Below are positions 7,488 to 16,445 of a stretch of 64,000 nt of DNA, in pieces. The notes under the pieces were generated by a model that was given only the letters and a program-made list of their open reading frames with translations, ran no database searches and was not told the DNA's origin. How positions within the stretch are numbered: the first letter of the stretch is position 1; every line of letters starts with the position of its first letter. Source of the DNA: Cyanobacteria bacterium auto_48_18 (GTDB lineage Bacteria > Cyanobacteriota > Vampirovibrionia > Obscuribacterales > Obscuribacteraceae); contig JAVHQC010000036.1 of the NCBI GenBank assembly GCA_036170915.1, positions 128,001-192,000 on the forward strand, read 5' to 3'. The translations under genes and the position numbers were made by a program.

Positions 7488-10358
7488 ATGAGAATTAGTG
7501 GCAAAATAAAAAACATTACGGCTACAGCTCTCAGTCTTTCTCTCTTCTTTGCACTATGGGCGGTGCCATCTAGCTTTGCACAAAAAGCCAGAGTGGCACC
7601 GTCTCCTGTTAAAGCCGGTTCCGCGGCGCAGTTTGTCTATCGCGATAAGCTTTTAGGCATCGAAGAATATCGACTGCCTAGCAACGATTTAACCATTTTG
7701 CTTTGCGAAAGGCATGCTACACCCGTAGTGACAGTGAACATGGTCTACCGTGTGGGCTCTCGCAATGAGGCGGTAGGTTATACAGGCTCGACCCACTTCC
7801 TTGAGCACATGATGTTCAAGGGAACAACTGTGCACGACCCCCTGAAAAAAACCGGCCTCGATGATTTACTAAAAAAAGTTGGTGGTATCAATAATGCCAC
7901 CACGTCTTATGATCGCACCAATTATTTTGAACTGGTGCCTAAAGAAGGAATAAATCTTTGCCTCGATCTTGAAGCTGATCGCATGCGCCATTTACTTTTA
8001 CGAGAAAGCGATCGCAAAGCCGAGATGACGGTAGTACGCAATGAACTCGAGCGCGGTGAAGACGATCCTTCGCAGTTGCTTGAGATGAACACTTTTGCGA
8101 CAGCTTTCCGCGAGCATCCTTATCACCACCCGGTTATAGGCTGGCGTACTGATGTAGAAGGAGTGCCTACAGAGCGACTGCGCCAGTTTTACAACGACTT
8201 CTATTATCCGAATAACGCTACTTTAGTAGTGGTGGGTGACTTTGATAAAGCCGCCGCGCTCAAAGAAATTGCCAATAAATTTGCGGCCATTCCCCGATCA
8301 CCAAAGGCTTTTCCCAGCGTCTATACGGTTGAACCGCCGCAAATTGGCGAGCGTCGCTTTACTGTCAGCCGGGGTAAAGAGCTTGCCCGAGTGATGGTGG
8401 CATATCACACGCCCCGTGGTCTCGATCGTGCTACTTATCCGCTTGATGTAATGCAAAGCGTACTGGGCGGCAGTCGCAAATCATCGCGTCTCTATAAGCG
8501 TTTAATCGAAACGGGCCTGGCATCTGATTGTTACGCCGCTAACTATACCCTCAAAGATCCGGCCCTGTTTATTATTTCTGCCACTGTTCAACCAGGTATC
8601 GACCCCAAACTGGTGGAAGAAGCCATTGATAGTGAGGTAAAAAAACTAACTGAGCAACCGATCACAAAAGAAGAATTGCGCCTGGCACACGCATCGCTCT
8701 CAAAACGATTTCGCTTGAGCCTGTCAGACCCTATGGGGCTGGCCCAGTCTATTACTGAAGGCATTTCCGTAGGTGACTGGCGGTGGTGGGCCACTTATGC
8801 CCGCGACGTGCAGACAGCCACAGCTGAAGAAGCGCTGGCCACTGCTAAAAAATATTTTGTCGCGAGCGGTAAAACCGCCGGCTATTATTTGCCCACCGAT
8901 TTTAAAGTCGACCCTGCTGCCATTGCGCAGTTAAAACCGGTGCAAACGGCTCCTGAGACCACCCAGTCTGCTGCTGATCAAATTGAAGTCACATCCCCTT
9001 CCGCCTCATCTGAGTCAGCCAATTTAAAAACATGGCAAGAAAGAGTAGAACGCTTTCGCTTGCCCAATGGCTTAACTGTATTAATAGCCCGAGTGGCAGA
9101 AAATACGAATAGAGATGCAAAAGATTCAAAAGAACCAAAAGACCAGATACGCGGTACTGTTGCCTTCGCTGGTAAAATTCGCGCCGGCGATTATTTCGGC
9201 ACCATAGGTAAAACCGCAGTACCAGGCGTTACAGCTGAACTTTTAAGCTACGGCACGAAAAAATTCACCAAAGAACAAATTGCAGCTCAAATGGAAGAGA
9301 TGGGAATTTCTCTCGATTTTGGCAACGGCACATTTTTCCACGAATTTGAGTCAGAAGTAGCTGCCGAAGACCTGCCTAAGTTAATTAAACTGGTGAGCAG
9401 CGAAATGCGTGAGCCACAGTTCAAGCAAGCTGATTTAGATCTTGTGCTCAAACTCAGTCAGGCCGAAATTAAAGAGAAGCTTACTGATACTGGTGAAGTG
9501 GCCTGGAATAATCTGGTGCGCACTCTATACAAACCAGGTTGCGTTTACTGGGAACCAGAATTGAGCAAACAACTCGATGAACTCTCCACAATTACATTGA
9601 GCGATGTGGAAAAATTCCACGGTCAGTTTTATACCCCCGGCAATACAGTATTGGCTGTAATCGGAGACATAGATCCGCCACAAATAAAGAAAATGCTCGA
9701 AGCAGAATTTGGCAGCTGGCAGGGGGAGACCGCCAAACCAATTGAAGTAAGCGCCAGCGGTTTGATGGAGCGGGCGCCAGGTAGTAAAAGCACGTTTGTC
9801 ACTGAGTTGGCCGATAAGGCCAACGTTGATATTGCCATAGGCAAACCAGTAGACATATCGATGAAATCAAAAGACTACCTGGCTGCCAGCATTGGCAATG
9901 CAGTGCTTGGTTATGACAGTTTTGCCTGTCGATTGGCACCAGTACGTGACCGCCTGGGGCTCACCTATTCCATTTCATCACGAATAACTGAAGGCCATTA
10001 CCCTTATTCACCATGGGCCATTGATCTTTCTGTCAATCCAGCCAATGTAGGTAAGTCAATTACCGTGGTTAAGAAAATTGTTGATGATTTTGCCAGGGAC
10101 GGCATTACCGAAGCGGAGCTGGCTACTGAAAAAGACCATTTAGCAGGCGTCTATCTGGTGGGATTGCGCAGCATTCGCGCCATTGCCAAAAGGCTGACCG
10201 ACTATGAGCAGTTGTCTTTACCGGTTTCGTATATGGATAGTTTTGGCAAAAGAGTAAGGGACGTAAGTCTGAAGGATGTTAATCAAGCTTCCGGCCGATA
10301 CTTCCGTCTCAATGACGCAGTTACTTCGGTTTGTGGTTCAGTGGCAGACGTTAAGTAG
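7488..10358 (+). CDS. M16 family zinc protease (pitrilysin/PqqL-like, two fused halves)
   Basis: HFLEH inverted zinc motif, NATTS.D.TNY, VVRNE; second inactive M16 half (LPNGL...); signal peptide. Confidence 0.93.
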   Translation: MRISGKIKNITATALSLSLFFALWAVPSSFAQKARVAPSPVKAGSAAQFVYRDKLLGIEEYRLPSNDLTILLCERHATPVVTVNMVYRVGSRNEAVGYTGSTHFLEHMMFKGTTVHDPLKKTGLDDLLKKVGGINNATTSYDRTNYFELVPKEGINLCLDLEADRMRHLLLRESDRKAEMTVVRNELERGEDDPSQLLEMNTFATAFREHPYHHPVIGWRTDVEGVPTERLRQFYNDFYYPNNATLVVVGDFDKAAALKEIANKFAAIPRSPKAFPSVYTVEPPQIGERRFTVSRGKELARVMVAYHTPRGLDRATYPLDVMQSVLGGSRKSSRLYKRLIETGLASDCYAANYTLKDPALFIISATVQPGIDPKLVEEAIDSEVKKLTEQPITKEELRLAHASLSKRFRLSLSDPMGLAQSITEGISVGDWRWWATYARDVQTATAEEALATAKKYFVASGKTAGYYLPTDFKVDPAAIAQLKPVQTAPETTQSAADQIEVTSPSASSESANLKTWQERVERFRLPNGLTVLIARVAENTNRDAKDSKEPKDQIRGTVAFAGKIRAGDYFGTIGKTAVPGVTAELLSYGTKKFTKEQIAAQMEEMGISLDFGNGTFFHEFESEVAAEDLPKLIKLVSSEMREPQFKQADLDLVLKLSQAEIKEKLTDTGEVAWNNLVRTLYKPGCVYWEPELSKQLDELSTITLSDVEKFHGQFYTPGNTVLAVIGDIDPPQIKKMLEAEFGSWQGETAKPIEVSASGLMERAPGSKSTFVTELADKANVDIAIGKPVDISMKSKDYLAASIGNAVLGYDSFACRLAPVRDRLGLTYSISSRITEGHYPYSPWAIDLSVNPANVGKSITVVKKIVDDFARDGITEAELATEKDHLAGVYLVGLRSIRAIAKRLTDYEQLSLPVSYMDSFGKRVRDVSLKDVNQASGRYFRLNDAVTSVCGSVADVK

Positions 10359-10412
10359 ATGTTTTAGACCCCTTTAAGTGGGCACAATCCAATTACAGAG
10401 AGATTTGGAGCC

Positions 10413-11108
10413 ATGAGCGAGAAGAAAACAACTAAGTTTACTACCGGAAAGTTCGAAATCGACGGAAAATGGGCGTCTGTACGCGAGACCAAATTTACTA
10501 AAATGGTCTTAGAGACGCGCTTCGACCGGCAAAAATTTAAAGAAACTCGCCAGAAGGAAATGCTCGACAGGCAAAGAAAGCCTATGAGCGATGAAGATCT
10601 GGAAGAGCTTGAGCGCAAATCTCTAAAAGATCCAATTACCGATCTCTACAACCAACGCACTTTTTTGCGCAAACTTGAGTATGAAATTCGCCGGGCCAAA
10701 CGCTACAAGCGGCCTCTTTCTTTGCTGGTTATGTCAGTAGACAATTTGAGCCAGTTGCAGCGCCAGTATGGCCAGATGATTGTCGATGAAGTACAAAGAT
10801 GCGCCTCGAGAATTGTGGGCACTTGCATTCGTGACGTGGATCTTTCTGGCGTTTGCGACGGAACCAGAATTGCAATTATTTTCCCCGAGACTTATTCTTC
10901 AAGAGCTACCATCGTAGCTGAGCGCATTCGTGAACGCATTAAGCAGGAGCCAATCAATAGTGAGATGCGTCATTTGCGCGTGACTGCTTCCATTGGCGTT
11001 GTTTCTTTTCCTACTCACGCTCGCGATGAGCTTGATTTGATGTCTCGGGCGGTAGAGTTTTTGGTTAAGGCTGAAGCAGAAGGCGGCGACCGCGTCCATA
11101 ACGGCTAA
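10413..11108 (+). CDS. Degenerate GGDEF-domain protein
   Basis: DPITDLYN start and SIGV motif; A-site replaced by DGTRI; I-site RDVD retained. Confidence 0.85.
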   Translation: MSEKKTTKFTTGKFEIDGKWASVRETKFTKMVLETRFDRQKFKETRQKEMLDRQRKPMSDEDLEELERKSLKDPITDLYNQRTFLRKLEYEIRRAKRYKRPLSLLVMSVDNLSQLQRQYGQMIVDEVQRCASRIVGTCIRDVDLSGVCDGTRIAIIFPETYSSRATIVAERIRERIKQEPINSEMRHLRVTASIGVVSFPTHARDELDLMSRAVEFLVKAEAEGGDRVHNG

Positions 11109-11131
11109 AAGCGTGTCTTTTTAGCCTTTCC

Positions 11132-12928
11132 CTATTCAAGCTCTTTCATGGTTTTTTCTTCTGCTGACGGCGGCTTTATTGCCGGAGCCAGCGGCGGCTC
11201 AGCGTCTTGAGTTCCTGGGCTCGGAGCGCCACCTGATACGGCGGCAGTGCCGCTGGCACCACCGTTAGTACCACTGTTAGTGCCAGGGCTGGTGCCACTT
11301 GTGCTACCACTACTAGTGGTGCTGTTCGCCGGTGTTTCAACTTTAGGCGTTTTGACAATCTCAGTTTTCTCAACCCGCTCTTTCTTGCCGATTGGATAGG
11401 TGTTGTAGAGTTTGCCATCAAAATAAACTTTAAATTCGCTGCTGCCGTCGTTGCGCACGCTGGCACCACCGGTAAGGTCAATGCTTTTGCCACTGCGACC
11501 GGCCAGTGGTGGCACAAATTCATCAACCAGGGCCGTTTCTTTGCTCCACAATACTTTGTCGGCCGACTTGCTTTCCACCAGGTCTACTTTCATGGTCAGA
11601 GCGTTAATGGGTGTGTCACCGGGGTTCCAAACTTGCCCAGCGATGTGAGGCATACCACCTTGAATATCAACAGTGACGGTTTTCAAAGTAACAGTAGGAA
11701 CCGTATTGCTCGGATCCACCGATTTTGCTTGTTGCAGATATCCGTATCCGGCATCGAGTTCGCCGGCATCAAGTAATTCTTTGCCGCGCTTTGCCAGTAA
11801 GCTGGCCAATTTGCGACGTACAGCATCATCACGAGTAGAAAAGCGAGATGCTTTGCGCAGCTGATCAATAGCTAGCTCTAATTGACCGGTGCGTTCATAA
11901 ATGTCAGCCGCCATTTGATTGAACCGGGCATTGTCGGCGATGGCATTGAGCTTACCTAAATAAGAGAGTGCCTCTTTGTCTTTCTTCTGCGAAACAAGCT
12001 TCTCAGCCAATCTTTGATAAATTGTAGAAAGCCTGGCGTCTGCCTCACTAAAGCGCGAGCCATCTTTTAATTGTTTGACTTCTTCCCAGAGAGCAAGTGC
12101 TTTTTCAAGGTGGCCATCACGTAATTCTTGATCGCCCCATAGAGCATCGAGATCAGCTAGTTCAGCTTTTTTGCCTGGTATATTTTTTTGTGCCAGAGGC
12201 CGCAGTAGATCTACTGCTTTGTCATAACGCGAATGCACACGATAATAATTGGCTAATTGAGAGGCGAGATCGGGATCTTCGACCACTCCTTTGCCCATTT
12301 GATTGGCTTTAGAGATGCACTCCCAGGCTTTATCTACTTGATCAACACCAACATAGGCACGCGCCAGGGCCAGCATAATTTTGGGGTTGTCTTTATTAGT
12401 GGTTGAAGCTTTATTGAGAGTCTCCACGGCAAATGCATACTGTCCATTTTCTAATTCTTTGAGACCTTTACTGAGCAACCTGTCGTCTTCAGGTGTTTTG
12501 GTCAGAAAGAAAATGGTGGCACCAGCAAAAATAAGCAGGGTGGTCAGACCAAAAAGTACTCCTGCCGTAATTGGCATGCCACTTTTAAGATCAAGTTTCA
12601 TATTGCGCGAACGGCGCTTGCCGCCGGGCTTGTCAAAATCTTGATCAAACTCGACAACAACGTCTTTGCGCGAAACGTCGTAGCGGATTTTTTTGTTTTC
12701 TTGCGACTCTTTCAAAGCTTCTTGCTCTTGCTGCAACTGTTGCTCTTGTTGATTTCTGTCTAGTTGGTCTGTGGACTGTAATTGACTAGAGACGGCCCTT
12801 GCATCTAACCCTTGGTCAGAAGCAGGAGCCGCCTCCAGAATTTCTTCTTCTACATAGAACTCGAGCCCACAAGAGACACAGTTCTCATATTGCGAAGGAT
12901 GATAGGTACCACATTTTGGACAGCGCAT
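11132..12928 (-). CDS. Zinc-ribbon/TM/TPR membrane protein with C-terminal Ig-like domain
   Basis: CPKC...CVSC; one TM (GVLFGLTTLLIFAGATIFFL); TPR-like helices; GQVWNPG beta-rich domain; S/T/G/P tail. Confidence 0.8.
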   Translation of the reverse strand: MRCPKCGTYHPSQYENCVSCGLEFYVEEEILEAAPASDQGLDARAVSSQLQSTDQLDRNQQEQQLQQEQEALKESQENKKIRYDVSRKDVVVEFDQDFDKPGGKRRSRNMKLDLKSGMPITAGVLFGLTTLLIFAGATIFFLTKTPEDDRLLSKGLKELENGQYAFAVETLNKASTTNKDNPKIMLALARAYVGVDQVDKAWECISKANQMGKGVVEDPDLASQLANYYRVHSRYDKAVDLLRPLAQKNIPGKKAELADLDALWGDQELRDGHLEKALALWEEVKQLKDGSRFSEADARLSTIYQRLAEKLVSQKKDKEALSYLGKLNAIADNARFNQMAADIYERTGQLELAIDQLRKASRFSTRDDAVRRKLASLLAKRGKELLDAGELDAGYGYLQQAKSVDPSNTVPTVTLKTVTVDIQGGMPHIAGQVWNPGDTPINALTMKVDLVESKSADKVLWSKETALVDEFVPPLAGRSGKSIDLTGGASVRNDGSSEFKVYFDGKLYNTYPIGKKERVEKTEIVKTPKVETPANSTTSSGSTSGTSPGTNSGTNGGASGTAAVSGGAPSPGTQDAEPPLAPAIKPPSAEEKTMKELE

Positions 12929-12982
12929 AGATTGAATACCCCTGATAATTCAGGCGAGAAAATACACTCTGCCCACCGGCAT

Positions 12983-13369
12983 CTATTTGATTTCGACCTT
13001 AGCTCCAGCAGCTTCGATCTTCTTCTTCATCTCTTCAGCTTCTTCCTTCTTCACTTTCTCTTTCAAAGGCTTAGGAGCTGAGTCTACGAGGTCTTTAGCT
13101 TCTTTCAAACCAAGACCAGTAACTTCACGAACGATTTTGAGAACTTCGATTTTCTTGTCGCCGACTGATGTCAGAACAACGTCGAATTCAGTTTTCTCTT
13201 CAACGGCAGCAGCACCGCCGGCAGCGCCGCCAGCAGGAGCGAAAGCCATAGGAGCAGCGGCTGTTACGCCAAAAGTTTCTTCCATTTGTTTCTTAAGGTC
13301 AGCGGCCTCAAGAAGGGTCAAGTTGCCGATTACTTCAATGAGTTCAGCGGTTGACATTTTAGTAGCCAT
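12983..13369 (-). CDS. rplL: 50S ribosomal protein L7/L12
   Basis: [34 protein letters not shown]. Confidence 0.99.
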   Translation of the reverse strand: MATKMSTAELIEVIGNLTLLEAADLKKQMEETFGVTAAAPMAFAPAGGAAGGAAAVEEKTEFDVVLTSVGDKKIEVLKIVREVTGLGLKEAKDLVDSAPKPLKEKVKKEEAEEMKKKIEAAGAKVEIK

Positions 13370-13417
13370 TTTAATTATCTCTCCTTGTTACGGTTGTAGA
13401 CAGCTCAAACAATCTGT

Positions 13418-13945
13418 TTAAGCTGCTTCGTCATTCTTCTTTGCGACCTCTTCAACGAGGACAGCAATGTCTCTAATCACTGCGTTCAGGATGCCAGCGA
13501 TATTTCTGGCGCCTGAATCAAGACCACCCATAATGGACGAGAGCAATTGCTCTTTCGATGGTAGTTCGGCAAGACCCTTAACTTCTTCAATAGATAGGGA
13601 TCTACCTTCCAGCACTCCGCCTTTGACGGAACCTTTCTTCATTGTCTTGATGAAATCAACGACAGCTTTGGCAGGTTGTGCAGGGTCATCGTATCCAACC
13701 ACTACGGTTGTTGGTCCCTTCGCGAGTTCGGCGATTGCTTTGAACTCAGTTTTTTCAGTAGCAATTTTCACCAGAGTGTTTTTTGCTACGCGACATTTGG
13801 CCCCTTGTTTATCAAGAGAACGTCTGAACTGAGTCAACTCAGCCACCGTATACCCGTTCAGATCAGCGACGATAGCGACCTTGCCTTCAACAAAGATAGT
13901 CTCGAGGTCTTTGATGACCCCGGCCTTGAATTCTCTGGTTGGCAT
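13418..13945 (-). CDS. rplJ: 50S ribosomal protein L10
   Basis: VAKNTLVKIA, LAELPSKEQLLS; directly upstream of rplL; start MPTREFK preceded by GGAGG. Confidence 0.97.
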   Translation of the reverse strand: MPTREFKAGVIKDLETIFVEGKVAIVADLNGYTVAELTQFRRSLDKQGAKCRVAKNTLVKIATEKTEFKAIAELAKGPTTVVVGYDDPAQPAKAVVDFIKTMKKGSVKGGVLEGRSLSIEEVKGLAELPSKEQLLSSIMGGLDSGARNIAGILNAVIRDIAVLVEEVAKKNDEAA

Positions 13946-14016
13946 TTGGCCTCCTGGAGTCGCCTCCATTGGGATTACGGATGCTAAGTACGCTCATGGC
14001 ATTCGAAAAGTTTTCC

Positions 14017-14176
14017 AAAAAGAAAACCCGACAAATGCCGGGATCACAAGGACGAGATTAGCTCTCGCAAACGACGTTTTAACAAAGTCGAATTTGTGAC
14101 CTCAAGTCGGCGACTCTAAAAGAGTGCATTAAACTCCCGCTATTGCTTTTGGGAGTACCATACTGTCTGCGGCCTT
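14017..14176 (-). promoter_or_regulatory. L10 leader (rplJ autoregulatory RNA) with downstream terminator-like hairpin
   Basis: Minus strand GGCCGCAGACAGTATGG...TTTAAT...GCCGACTTGAGGTC resembles the L10-leader consensus; followed by CCCGGC-ATTT-GTCGGG-TTTTCTTTTT. Confidence 0.75.
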
Positions 14177-14334
14177 AGTTAAAAGCAGCTAACAAAACTC
14201 AGACTAATTACTTAGATGAGTTCGATCAGATGCAGTTGCGAATTCTCTCGTTATATTGGGGTTGCGTCAAGAAAACTCATTTTGATGTAACAATTTCAGA
14301 CTACATTGGTAAGCACAGAGGAGACCGCGGGGCG

Positions 14335-14643
14335 ATGGAAGTTTTCGAAAAGCATGTATTCGTCTGCGTTTCAGGCAAAACATGCCCCAAAGAAGGGTCG
14401 GAAGAGATTTGCTCAGCACTGCGGGCCGAGATTGCCGCTCTGGGACTGAAAAAACAAATTCGCATCAATAAGTCAGGCTGCTTTGACCAGTGCGGCAACG
14501 GAGCTGTGATGGTGGTCTATCCGGAAAGCACATGGTACGCCCATGTGAAACAAGTGGATGTCAAAGAAATTGTAGAAAAGCATCTAGTCGGCGGCATGCC
14601 CGTGGAGAGACTGCTTTATGACGGCAGGGGCCGTTGCGAATAA
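14335..14643 (+). CDS. Thioredoxin-like [2Fe-2S] ferredoxin
   Basis: HVFVC...C, SGCFDQC, VVYPE.TWY motifs; start placed at the ATG of MEVFEKH. Confidence 0.9.
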   Translation: MEVFEKHVFVCVSGKTCPKEGSEEICSALRAEIAALGLKKQIRINKSGCFDQCGNGAVMVVYPESTWYAHVKQVDVKEIVEKHLVGGMPVERLLYDGRGRCE

Positions 14644-14787
14644 GAAAAAAAGTGCCGGTGGAGACGCCCTCATGACAGATAGTCTAAACGAGGCAGCAAG
14701 CCAACCACCAGCTAATTTTTAAAATACCCACAGCCACGAGCTGCTTAAACGCTTTTTGGCGCGCTTTCTAAAAATTTATTTGCCTGT

Positions 14788-16290
14788 TTATTTTGTAGCT
14801 GGTTTGGCTTCGGTTTTAGCGGCAGGTGCTGCTTTGCTCTCAGCTTTAGCGTCGCTTTTGGCCTCTGGTTTCGCTTCTGGTTTCGGCTCTACTTTCGCCT
14901 CTGACTTGGCGTCTTTGACAGGAGCTTTGCTGTCTGTCTTAGGGTCTGTTTTAGCCTCAGTTTTAGTTTCAGCTTTAACATCGGCCTTTGGCTTCACTTC
15001 AGCTTTAGGGTCAGCTTTAGCGTCTGTTTTAGGCTCAGCCTTAAGATCTGCTTTAGGGTCTGCTTTAGCGTCAGTTTTAGCGTCAGTCGCCTTAGGGTCG
15101 GTCTTCTCACCAGCCTTGGCAGGGTCTTTTGCATCTTTGACGCCATCCTTAACGCCGTCTTTGACGATATCTTTGCCGTCCGCATCCTTTTCGGCTTCAG
15201 GATCGGCTACAGGAGCAGCATCCACCTTAATAGTGCTGGCATGGGGATCGTACTTAAGCGCTTCTTCTACAGCTGAAGCTGAGATTGTGCCATCGTCTGC
15301 CACCAGACGCGAGTCGATCTTAACGCCGGCCAATTTCTCGGAGAACGACTGGGCATCATCAAAGACCGGCGGAATTACAACTAAACCTTTGGTATCGATA
15401 TAGCCTTTTCTAGCATTGGCAACACCTACCAGAGCCACGCCTTCAGAGAAATCTTCAGCATAGGTAAAGCGGCGCTTGATAACAATTTTGCCCTTCTTGT
15501 TCATGAAGCCATATTTGGCTCGCTTCAGGCTCAAGCCGAGGTCGTCATGGAAAAATGTGCGCGAATTGAGAGCATCGCTCATGGACATAGTACCGATAGT
15601 ATCGAGGATGACAAAATCTGAGCCGAAATAGCACTCAGCTACTCTGTCTTTAAATGGCTTAGCCTGGTCAAACTTCAAATCGATGACCAGCTTGCCGGTG
15701 GCATCAACGTAACCCCATTTGCCAAGCTTACTGACCGCAGCTAGACCTTCCGAGAAGGGCCCCACAGCGTCGTAAGCAGCTGCAACTTTAACTTCGCCGG
15801 CTTTGTCAATAAATCCCCATTTATTGCCTTCAGCTGCTTTATACGCGCAATAAATGATGGTGTTCGGCTCAAGTGGTTTGTTTGCCTCACCGCATTCGCC
15901 GATACCTTCAAATGTTGTAGCAGAGGTAGCGGCCCCGGTTTTATCAATCAGGCCCCACTTACCTCCGAAAACTTTGACCGCTGCCAGGTCTTTAGTGAAT
16001 GGTTTGACTTCTTCGTATGTTCTCTCAATGATGAACTTACCAGTGTTGTCAATGTAGCCCCAGCGATTAGAGAGGTCGGCTGCCGCGAGCCCACAAGAGA
16101 AAGGCAGAACTCGCCTGAATTGAGGCTTAATGACAAATTTGCCACTGTGGTCAATGAATCCCCACTTGGGGCCAACTTCTACAATTGCCGTCGAAACTTC
16201 TTCTTTTTTGCCGCAGGCGCTCAGCGAGAGCAACATGGAAAGGGCGGCGATTACTGTTTTGCTGTAAGAATGCTTAAAATTTCGCGACAT
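14788..16290 (-). CDS. WG/KWG-repeat lipoprotein with K-x-D/E-x tetrapeptide-repeat tail
   Basis: Lipobox LSAC; repeated KWGFID..G....P.F..A..FSEGLA.V units; low-complexity KADP/KAEP tail; start placed at MSRNFK. Confidence 0.88.
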   Translation of the reverse strand: MSRNFKHSYSKTVIAALSMLLSLSACGKKEEVSTAIVEVGPKWGFIDHSGKFVIKPQFRRVLPFSCGLAAADLSNRWGYIDNTGKFIIERTYEEVKPFTKDLAAVKVFGGKWGLIDKTGAATSATTFEGIGECGEANKPLEPNTIIYCAYKAAEGNKWGFIDKAGEVKVAAAYDAVGPFSEGLAAVSKLGKWGYVDATGKLVIDLKFDQAKPFKDRVAECYFGSDFVILDTIGTMSMSDALNSRTFFHDDLGLSLKRAKYGFMNKKGKIVIKRRFTYAEDFSEGVALVGVANARKGYIDTKGLVVIPPVFDDAQSFSEKLAGVKIDSRLVADDGTISASAVEEALKYDPHASTIKVDAAPVADPEAEKDADGKDIVKDGVKDGVKDAKDPAKAGEKTDPKATDAKTDAKADPKADLKAEPKTDAKADPKAEVKPKADVKAETKTEAKTDPKTDSKAPVKDAKSEAKVEPKPEAKPEAKSDAKAESKAAPAAKTEAKPATK

Positions 16291-16445
16291 CTTGAAAATC
16301 TTATTTTCCTGAATAGGGCTATGAACCAATAATAAGCGGTCTTGGATAGGAATGTCTAAGTTTTTGCATATTTGCACCAATTACAGAGCAGACTCTTTTG
16401 TATGATGTGAAGTTCTACCTCTCAGAGATACTCTAAAAGATATAA

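Noticed and set aside
12987..13832. Plus-strand ORFs opposite rplL and rplJ
   Set aside because: Antisense shadows of highly biased ribosomal protein genes.
14756..15403. 215-aa hydrophobic ORF on the plus strand resembling a membrane protein
   Set aside because: It is the antisense shadow of the K/A/D/P repeat tail of the WG-repeat lipoprotein; low-complexity codons explain the open frame.
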